Source: Bacteroidetes bacterium UBA7692
GTDB taxonomy: Bacteria; Bacteroidota; Bacteroidia; Chitinophagales; LD1
NCBI GenBank assembly: GCA_002482725.1
Contig: DLGO01000038.1
Coordinates: 16,310 to 80,309 of the forward strand
Reading direction: 5' to 3'
DNA length: 64,000 bases
In this document: one piece after another, positions 44,623-51,803 of the stretch
How positions within the stretch are numbered: position 1 is the first letter of the stretch
How the letters are laid out: every line of letters starts with the position of its first letter
Notes under the pieces: generated by a model
What the model saw: only the letters and a program-made list of their open reading frames with translations
What the model was told of the DNA's origin: nothing
The model's database searches: none
Program-made: the position numbers and the translations under genes

Positions 44623-45441
44623 TTATTTTTTCAAACCACTCACAATATCAGCTTCACTATACATAGGTGGTGCAAATTGAAACTGTTTGCTTAGCGGGTA
44701 TTTGCCATCCTGGTTGCCAAAGCTGTTTTGGAAAAAGAAGGAGAATGGTACATCATACATGCTTACATGCTTTGTTTCTTCGTTCAGGTAGTAGTAACAT
44801 AGGGCAGCATCCGGGTGCAGCAACCCGAAGTGTACCACTGGCCTTACTTCTTTTGTTTTATTTATAAATGAGCCATGCAATGTCCTGTCGGCATATACTA
44901 CCAGATCGCCTGCTTTAGACTCAATGATATCGCACTTGCTGAACAGCATTTCTTTATGCTCTAGGTATGGCCATTTGCAGAACATCGGCAAGGGGTAGTT
45001 GAACAGATTGTGACTATATTTCAATGCATATAAGGCGCCATTTTCTCTGGTAGTATCTACCAGTGGTATCCAGATATTCCTGTATTGAAAAACTGATTCA
45101 TCCTGAATGCTGAAATCCCTGTGCAGTTCGGTTACGCCATTCATATTAGGGTTCTTGGCCATAAACGAAGCCACAGGTGTTTTATAATTTTTGAAGGTGG
45201 CATCCAGCTTTGATTTCAATGTTTCCAGGATTTTGCTGCTAACCTCACTCGAGCTGTCGGGGCTAATATTGTATAAGCTGTTCCACATACCCTGTTCTTC
45301 GCCGGCATAGTTATAGCAACTTGCAAAAAGGTTCCGTAGCATTCCTACTTCGTGCTTATCCAGAAATGCGGGAATATTAACCACCCCGGAGTTGTTAAAC
45401 TCATCCTCCAGTTGTTGGTCTTTAAACTCAGCACTTTTCAT
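44623..45441 (-). CDS. phytanoyl-CoA dioxygenase (PhyH)-like Fe(II)/2OG oxygenase
   Basis: Has an HRD (H-x-D) triad element and a distal H in RTLHGS. The ATG at 45441 is preferred, because the track start at 45459 is a TTG that overlaps a TAGATTTG promoter-like box. Confidence 0.7.
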   Translation of the reverse strand: MKSAEFKDQQLEDEFNNSGVVNIPAFLDKHEVGMLRNLFASCYNYAGEEQGMWNSLYNISPDSSSEVSSKILETLKSKLDATFKNYKTPVASFMAKNPNMNGVTELHRDFSIQDESVFQYRNIWIPLVDTTRENGALYALKYSHNLFNYPLPMFCKWPYLEHKEMLFSKCDIIESKAGDLVVYADRTLHGSFINKTKEVRPVVHFGLLHPDAALCYYYLNEETKHVSMYDVPFSFFFQNSFGNQDGKYPLSKQFQFAPPMYSEADIVSGLKK

Positions 45442-45456
45442 AAAAATTAGTTTTTT

Positions 45457-45464
45457 CAAATCTA
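45457..45464 (-). promoter_or_regulatory. candidate -7 promoter box (TAGATTTG)
   Basis: TAnnTTTG match on the minus strand, 15 nt upstream of the ATG at 45441. Confidence 0.3.
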
Positions 45465-45508
45465 TTAATTAATTTGAATATAATTATTGTGTTGATAGCC
45501 GGTTATGA

Positions 45509-45990
45509 ATTGTCGGTAGAATTGTCGGCTTCTTTTTACTTTTTCTGTCGGAATCGGTGTCGGTAAAATCACTTATGATTATATTGCCCTACCGCCTTCA
45601 TAATCAAGTTGTTCCGGCTTAAGCTTGTCGGTAGAATTGTCGGCTTCTTTTTACTTTTTCTGTCGGTATCGGTGTCGGTAAAATCACTTATGATTATATT
45701 GCCCTGCCGCCTTCATAATCAAGTTGTTCCGGCTTAATCTTGTCGGTAGAATTGTCGGCTTGGTTTTTAATTTTTCTGTCGGTACCGGTGTCGGTAAAAT
45801 CACATATAGGCATCTTGCCCTACCACCTTCAGAATCAAGCTGTTCCGGCTTAATCTTGTCGGTAGAATTGTCGGCTTGGTTTTTATCTTTCTGTCGGTAC
45901 CTTTGTCGGTAAAGTTACTTGTGTTTACCCTTTCCCTACTGTCTTCAAGATCAATTCCTTCTTACCTTGTCGGTAGAATTGTCGGCTTTC
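45509..45990. repeat. tandem array B: about 4.2 copies of a 115-116-bp higher-order unit carrying TGTCGG(T/C) boxes
   Basis: 18 TGTCGG boxes, first at 45511 and last at 45980. Box spacing within a unit is 12/23/12/68 nt (hand counted). The boxes are the reverse complement of those in array A. Confidence 0.9.
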
Positions 45991-46234
45991 TTTTTTAGGT
46001 CAAATCTGGCGGCAGAAATGGCCGTTAAAATTACCCCTGGCTTCCAACCTTTGATTGTATGCGCATAAGTACTGAGATGACCAAATTTATCAATTTTGGT
46101 ACTTGGTATTTCATCTCAAATCTAATATATGATTCAGTTCATTAAGATTGTAGCAAAAAAGGCGGAGAAAATGTTAAAGCGCCATAAGTATATGATAATC
46201 AATATATAGTAAACTTGTTATTTCATCTTAAATG

Positions 46235-46266
46235 AAAAAGGCAGATACTCCAAAGTACCTGCCTTT
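46235..46266 (-). terminator. rho-independent terminator
   Basis: Stem AAAGGCAGATAC tccaaa GTACCTGCCTTT with an A-run on the plus strand (a T-run on the gene strand). It is related to the element at 49034-49064. Confidence 0.7.
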
Positions 46267-46292
46267 CTGAACAAAATCTTTAACTGCTTATG

Positions 46293-48896
46293 CTATTGTA
46301 CTATTACTTTCTTAACAGCAATGATCCTGTTTTCTTTATCCAAAACATGGAAGAAATATATTCCGCCATTACCCCACTCTTTAGCGCTTAGTTTTGTTTC
46401 GCGGTTCATTAGTGGTTTATTTATTATCACCTGCCCTATTGCATTTGTAACTTTTACACTATAACCTTCTACGTTCGTATTGGCTATCTCTGCCAGTACT
46501 ACCATCTCGCTGGTTGGGTTAGGGTATACAGCCCATTTCTCGTTTTGCATGGCATTGCTGATGCCGTTAATTGCGGCCCTTGCTATGTTAGATTTTGAAG
46601 AGCTGAAGTTTGCTGTTTTTGCAGTTGGTATGCACCCGTTAGGATTTACTGCCTCTATCTGATAAAAGCTGATAGGAGATGTAGAAGCAGAATCTATATA
46701 GTTATTGGTACCGCTGGATACAGTAGCTATCAGTTGCAGGTTGGTGCTGCTTGTGCCACGGTATATGTTATATGTCGGAAAGGTAAAGCCTACATAGTGT
46801 GTCCACGTCAGGTTCCAAACACCACCACCGGAATCCTGTGCTGTAGTTAGTAGTATTGTTTTATGAACGTTTCCTCCTAATGCTGTGTTGCCACAGGTAT
46901 CTTTTGCAGCAATTTTGTATCGTACGCTTTCTTGCTGTGCATCAGAGTTTACATCTGTAAATATGCTCAGGTCATCAACCCCTACAGCACCTATTCTATC
47001 ATATACATTTAACTGGGCCGACTCTTTGTAAATATAGAAGCTGTCTACCCCTGTTTTTACTGGTTTTTCCCAGGCTATGGTATTGTATCCTGTAATGCTG
47101 TCTACAGTTACCGCGCATATCTGGTAAGCATTTATAAATGATAAATTTACTTGGAAAGGAGCCGAAATAGAGGTGCATCCGCTAGTATCAGTCACTGTTA
47201 CGGTATATGCGCCACTTACATTCACATGTATGCTATCGCTGTTTCCCCCCGTACTCCACAGGTAGGTGGTATATCCTGCTCCTGCGCTCAGGCTCACATT
47301 GGCTATACATGAGGAGTTTCCGGTCTGGCTTATAGTAGGTGCCGGTGGGTTTAGCTTAAAACTAATAACATAGTTATTGCTTACTGCGGTGCAGCTGCCA
47401 GAGCTTACCTGTAGCTGGTAGCTACCGGACTCTGTTACACGCAATGTATCCCCTGTAGCTATTGTTACTCCGGTTTTTATCCAGGCATAGCTGTACGGGC
47501 TGCCTGCCTGCGCTACTAGTAGCGTTGTATCGCCTGCGCATGGTGTAGTAGATCCTGTTACATTTACATTATAAACAAGGTTACAGGTATTAGCTGTAAC
47601 CAGCAGGGTCGTGGTATCGTTGCAGCCTGCACCATAGGTGTCCAGCATAGTTATTCCATAAGGCCCGCTGGCATTCCACAATATGCTTACATTACTTGTT
47701 CCCTGGCCCGATTGTACAGTTCCTCCGGATATATACCAGTTATAGGTAGTGCCCGGGTAGTTGGTTACTGAATAAGGATAAGCTGTGGAAGGAGTTATTG
47801 ACGTGCTACCTGTTATGGGGTGGTTGTGCTTATTATATACGGTGATGAAGATAGAGGCTGTATCTATACATGCCGGAGCAGACCTGGTTACAATCACCGA
47901 ATACTGGCCTTGTGTGGAAACCGTGATAACACGTGAGGTATCGCCGGTAGACCATCTGTAAGTAGAAAAAGTATCTGTTGTGCTTAAGGTAGTGTATTGC
48001 CCCTGGCATAGCGAATTGGTGATGTTGCCATATATGCTGGCAGTATCCATTCCTCTCAGGTAGTAAATCTTCTGGGCAGTAACTGTAAGGCCTGCAGCAT
48101 CAGTTACTGTTAAAGAATATGAACTGTTCTGTGTTATTATCGCAGTTGGATTCTGGCACGCAGTGCAGCTAAGTGCATTTCCAGTGGTCACTGCCCATTG
48201 GTATATATATGGTGCTGTGCCATTGGCTGCTGCTGGGGTCAGTGTCACATTGCCACCTGTACATGCGTATCCTATGCCGCCTACATTTACGCTCAGGTTG
48301 TTTACAGGAGTGCCGGTGCATTGCGTTGCGCCGGGTATACAGGCTTTTCTGCCCGGCTTGGTTACTCCCACCGAATCGGTATTGTTGGCAGGTGTGTATT
48401 GTACACATGGGCAATTTTCTGTGCTGGACCTTACACGCAGTATATATGCAAAACTATTAGGTACGCCTATCATTTTTGCTATATCTCCGAACTCACCTTT
48501 TATTACAGGAAGCCCCTGCAGTTTCAATCGCACATAAACTCCCAGGCGATACTGTCCGCATCCGCTTGTTGGTACGCCAGAAAAATTAATGCATCCTGTT
48601 TCGCTATTCAGGTATTGTGTGCCCAATGGATTGTTAAAGGTGTATGCCATACCTGTCGGCAAATTGGTAATACTGTCGAAACTCAGGTATTCAACGGTAA
48701 GGCCGGCGAGAAGATCGTAATTTTTAAAATAGATGGCGGTTCCGGTGCCGCTTACTGTTTGCCCTATTACATAGCAGGATATTGAATCGGGCTTAGGACT
48801 AAAACCGGGACTTGCTTGGCTCACGGGAACACATTGTGCGTTGGCATTGATGACTATGCCAATGGCAAATAGAAAAGTGGTAAAAAGGCTTTTCAT
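46293..48896 (-). CDS. T9SS type A cargo, modular Ig-like/FN3-like surface protein (paralog A)
   Basis: 867 aa. Modules in order:
- signal peptide
- conserved N-terminal head of about 190 aa
- several Cys-bracketed Ig-like modules
- FN3-like pair (QICAVTVDSITGYNTIAWEKP...YKIAAKDTCGN)
- sorting domain VYPNPTSEMVVL...GGIYFFHVLDKENRIIAVKKVIVQ. Confidence 0.85.
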   Translation of the reverse strand: MKSLFTTFLFAIGIVINANAQCVPVSQASPGFSPKPDSISCYVIGQTVSGTGTAIYFKNYDLLAGLTVEYLSFDSITNLPTGMAYTFNNPLGTQYLNSETGCINFSGVPTSGCGQYRLGVYVRLKLQGLPVIKGEFGDIAKMIGVPNSFAYILRVRSSTENCPCVQYTPANNTDSVGVTKPGRKACIPGATQCTGTPVNNLSVNVGGIGYACTGGNVTLTPAAANGTAPYIYQWAVTTGNALSCTACQNPTAIITQNSSYSLTVTDAAGLTVTAQKIYYLRGMDTASIYGNITNSLCQGQYTTLSTTDTFSTYRWSTGDTSRVITVSTQGQYSVIVTRSAPACIDTASIFITVYNKHNHPITGSTSITPSTAYPYSVTNYPGTTYNWYISGGTVQSGQGTSNVSILWNASGPYGITMLDTYGAGCNDTTTLLVTANTCNLVYNVNVTGSTTPCAGDTTLLVAQAGSPYSYAWIKTGVTIATGDTLRVTESGSYQLQVSSGSCTAVSNNYVISFKLNPPAPTISQTGNSSCIANVSLSAGAGYTTYLWSTGGNSDSIHVNVSGAYTVTVTDTSGCTSISAPFQVNLSFINAYQICAVTVDSITGYNTIAWEKPVKTGVDSFYIYKESAQLNVYDRIGAVGVDDLSIFTDVNSDAQQESVRYKIAAKDTCGNTALGGNVHKTILLTTAQDSGGGVWNLTWTHYVGFTFPTYNIYRGTSSTNLQLIATVSSGTNNYIDSASTSPISFYQIEAVNPNGCIPTAKTANFSSSKSNIARAAINGISNAMQNEKWAVYPNPTSEMVVLAEIANTNVEGYSVKVTNAIGQVIINKPLMNRETKLSAKEWGNGGIYFFHVLDKENRIIAVKKVIVQ

Positions 48897-48925
48897 GGAT
48901 TGATTTTTAGGTTAAAAATAAGATG

Positions 48926-48933
48926 CAAATCTA
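48926..48933 (-). promoter_or_regulatory. candidate -7 promoter box (TAGATTTG)
   Basis: TAnnTTTG match on the minus strand, about 30 nt upstream of the ATG at 48896. Confidence 0.3.
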
Positions 48934-49033
48934 CTATAAATAGGGGAAATGGCAATAGCTTATGATAATGGTGCTTTAGGTGCGCGTATGCTGTAGTGCG
49001 CTGTATTTTTAATTTCAGCTTATCTTAAATGAT

Positions 49034-49064
49034 AAAGGCAGATACTTAGAGAGTATCTGCCTTT
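49034..49064 (-). terminator. rho-independent terminator
   Basis: Stem AAAGGCAGATACT tagagag AGTATCTGCCTTT. Confidence 0.7.
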
Positions 49065-49083
49065 ATTCTTGTATAGTATAGTG

Positions 49084-50979
49084 CTATTGCACTATTATTT
49101 TCTTCACTGCCACTATCCTGTTTTCGGTGTCGAGTATATGGAAGAAATACATTCCACCATTACCCCACTCTTTAGTGTTCAGCTTTGTTTCGCGGTTCAT
49201 TAGTGCTTTATTCATCACCACCTGGCCTATGGCATTGGTAACTTTTACGCTGTAGCCTTCCACATTCATATTGGCTATCTCTGCCAGCACTACCATTTCG
49301 CTGGTTGGGTTAGGGTACACGGCCCACTTATCATTTTGCAGGGTGTTTTCTATTCCTGCTGCCACAGCTATTACCGTATTGGATTTAGATGCGCTGTAGT
49401 TGGCCGTTTTCGCAGTGGGCAGGCAACCGTTCGGGTTCACTGCTTCTATCTGGTAGTAGCGCTCATTGGCAGGTGGGTTAGCATCTTCGTAGTAGGTAGT
49501 GCCGCTTGGTACCGTAGCTATCAGTTGCAGGCTGATGCTGCTTGTACCACGATATATATTATATGATGGGAAAGTAAAGCCTACGTATTGAGACCAGCTA
49601 AGCTGCCATACACCACCCAATCCCGGCATTGTGCTCAGGTATATAGTTTTGTGTATGTCGCCGCTCAGTGCTGCTATGCCACAGGTATCGCGCGCGCATA
49701 TTTTATATATGGCATTTTCCTGTTGCGGATCGGAGTTTACATCGCTGAATATGCTCAGGTCATTTACACCCACTGCGCCTATCTTTTCATACTTAGTAAG
49801 AGGTGTTTTTTTGTACACGTAAAAGCTGTCTACACCGGTTTTGCTGTGCTTCTCCCATACTATGGTATTGTAGCCTGTTATGCTGTCTACCGTTACCGCG
49901 CATATCTGGTAGGGTGCCAAAAACGATAGATTAACCGGATATGGTGCCGAGGCTGCGGTGCATCCGTTTGCGCCTGTTATGGTTACAGTATATTCATCGC
50001 TTGCTCTTACCTGTATGCTATCATTGGTGCCTCCGTTGCTCCACAGGTAGCTATACCCGCCCGGTGCATGTAGGCTTATATTCGAAGTGGTGCAGGAAGT
50101 GATGCTTCCATATTTATTTAGTACGGGTACAGCGGGTGCCTGCAAGAAGAAAAGCGAAGTGCCGCTGCTTAGTGATAAGCAATTGGCAGAGTCTACTTGT
50201 ACCTGGTAATCTCCGGAACTTTTTGCTTGCAGCATACTTCCTGTTTCTCCTGGTAATATTTGTCCGTCTTTTAGCCACTGATGATTGTATGGGCCTGATG
50301 GCTCGCCTAATAAAAGTATGCTATCGCCTGAGCAGGTAGTATCGGGTGCAAATAGATTTATACGACTCGTTAGTGTACAGTTATTTGTAGCAGGAATATT
50401 TGGGCATTCAGGCTCGCTTCCTGTGCAGGCTTTTCTGCCTGGTTTGGTTACCCCTACTGAGTCTGTTGTATTGCTTGGCTCGTAGACTATGCAAGGGCAA
50501 TTATCTGAGCTTGCTCTTACGCGCATTATATAACTCATATCGGGTGCATTGAAAATTTTTGCAAGAGCATCTAGTTCTCCCGTTTGTTCAGGGAGACCTT
50601 GGATTTTTAATCTTACATAGATTCCCAACCGGTATTGTCCGCATCCACCTGTCGGGCTTCCGAACAGGGATATACAACCTTTTTCACCGTTTTGATATTG
50701 AGTACCTAGTGGCTTGTTCATCGAATAAGACATGACTGCTGGCAAATTGGTAATACTGTCAAAAATCATATAGTCCACCAGTAATCCAGCTACGGTATCG
50801 TAACTTTTAAAATAAAGCGTGCTACCTGTGCCGCTTATGGCTTGGCCAATTATGTAGCACGGCATGGAGTCAGCTACTGTGCTAAAACCTGCATTGGCTT
50901 GATTAACAGGAACACATTGTGCGTGGGTAGTTGCTATTAATCCAATAGCAAAGAAGAAAGAGAGGATCAGTTTTTTCAT
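49084..50979 (-). CDS. T9SS type A cargo, modular surface protein (paralog B)
   Basis: 631 aa. It has the same N-terminal head and the same C-terminal FN3-like plus sorting-domain block as 46293-48896, with a shorter, different middle. Confidence 0.85.
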   Translation of the reverse strand: MKKLILSFFFAIGLIATTHAQCVPVNQANAGFSTVADSMPCYIIGQAISGTGSTLYFKSYDTVAGLLVDYMIFDSITNLPAVMSYSMNKPLGTQYQNGEKGCISLFGSPTGGCGQYRLGIYVRLKIQGLPEQTGELDALAKIFNAPDMSYIMRVRASSDNCPCIVYEPSNTTDSVGVTKPGRKACTGSEPECPNIPATNNCTLTSRINLFAPDTTCSGDSILLLGEPSGPYNHQWLKDGQILPGETGSMLQAKSSGDYQVQVDSANCLSLSSGTSLFFLQAPAVPVLNKYGSITSCTTSNISLHAPGGYSYLWSNGGTNDSIQVRASDEYTVTITGANGCTAASAPYPVNLSFLAPYQICAVTVDSITGYNTIVWEKHSKTGVDSFYVYKKTPLTKYEKIGAVGVNDLSIFSDVNSDPQQENAIYKICARDTCGIAALSGDIHKTIYLSTMPGLGGVWQLSWSQYVGFTFPSYNIYRGTSSISLQLIATVPSGTTYYEDANPPANERYYQIEAVNPNGCLPTAKTANYSASKSNTVIAVAAGIENTLQNDKWAVYPNPTSEMVVLAEIANMNVEGYSVKVTNAIGQVVMNKALMNRETKLNTKEWGNGGMYFFHILDTENRIVAVKKIIVQ

Positions 50980-51053
50980 GGTTAGAGTTTTGGATTTGAA
51001 AAAGATGTAGTGAAAATAGTAAATATATCAAGAAACGGTATTGCCAGAAACAA

Positions 51054-51797
51054 TTACTGTTTTTCGGCAACCTGCTTTTCCTTTATCAGTTGGTCAAATG
51101 CTGTTTGCAATATCGGGCTTATTTTTTCAGCGCTGTCAGCACTTTCTATAAAATTCACATCGCTCATGTCGCAGTTATATATATCATAGCATTGTTTCGA
51201 TCTCTGCATTATAGCCACACTGCCATCATCGCGAAAGTGGTATAGTTTTTCATTGCCAACCCATTGCCCTTTATCCTTCCCGCCATTTGCTTCTGCCACA
51301 CTTACAGAAAAGCTGCGTGCCAGGATTAATTTATCTCCACTGCCAAATACAAATTCATCATTGCCATATCCGTAATCGCCACAGTTATGCTTAAAGGTGT
51401 ACAGTATCCTTCCCGAGGTGCTGTCCATCAGTCTGCGGTAAGCACTACAGCAATCCCCTTCGCACGAATCCCTTTCTATGTAGGTATTCGCCCGTTCACT
51501 TTCCAGCAACTCTTTCAGCGTGTTATTATACATTTCATCATCAGTACCAAATTCAAATAGCATTACCTCTACCACAGCATTTTCATCCAATCCATGTTCA
51601 CCTTCTTCCATGGCATAGTTGTCAAAAAAAGAATCCATCGATTCCCTGTTTGCCTGCTGCATTGGCAGTGGCTTTGGGTTGCAGGAATACAGCAAAGCGC
51701 CAAACAGGAGGATAGCAGTGCTGTAAATGATATTCCGTATTAAGTGCATGGGTATCAGAAAGTATCTGGGTTTATAATTTAGTGAAGTTTTATCCAT
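51054..51797 (-). CDS. hypothetical Cys-rich lipoprotein
   Basis: 247 aa with an alternative start M17 at 51749. It has the lipobox LLYSC and Cys clusters CEGDCCSAY and HNCGDYGYG. It starts 6 nt after the stop of the upstream protease gene. Confidence 0.65.
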   Translation of the reverse strand: MDKTSLNYKPRYFLIPMHLIRNIIYSTAILLFGALLYSCNPKPLPMQQANRESMDSFFDNYAMEEGEHGLDENAVVEVMLFEFGTDDEMYNNTLKELLESERANTYIERDSCEGDCCSAYRRLMDSTSGRILYTFKHNCGDYGYGNDEFVFGSGDKLILARSFSVSVAEANGGKDKGQWVGNEKLYHFRDDGSVAIMQRSKQCYDIYNCDMSDVNFIESADSAEKISPILQTAFDQLIKEKQVAEKQ

Positions 51798-51803
51798 ACT
51801 TTC

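Noticed and set aside
33921-45990. Arrays A and B read as CRISPR arrays, or as inverted terminal repeats of an 11-kb mobile or invertible element.
   Set aside because: They are not CRISPR. The boxes are only 8-12 nt, the 'spacers' are themselves repeated from unit to unit, and no cas genes are present. They are not a transposon either. The enclosed genes are core metabolism (PDH E1 beta, GSIII, amt, mnmE), no transposase or recombinase is present, and similarity between the arrays is limited to the short boxes.
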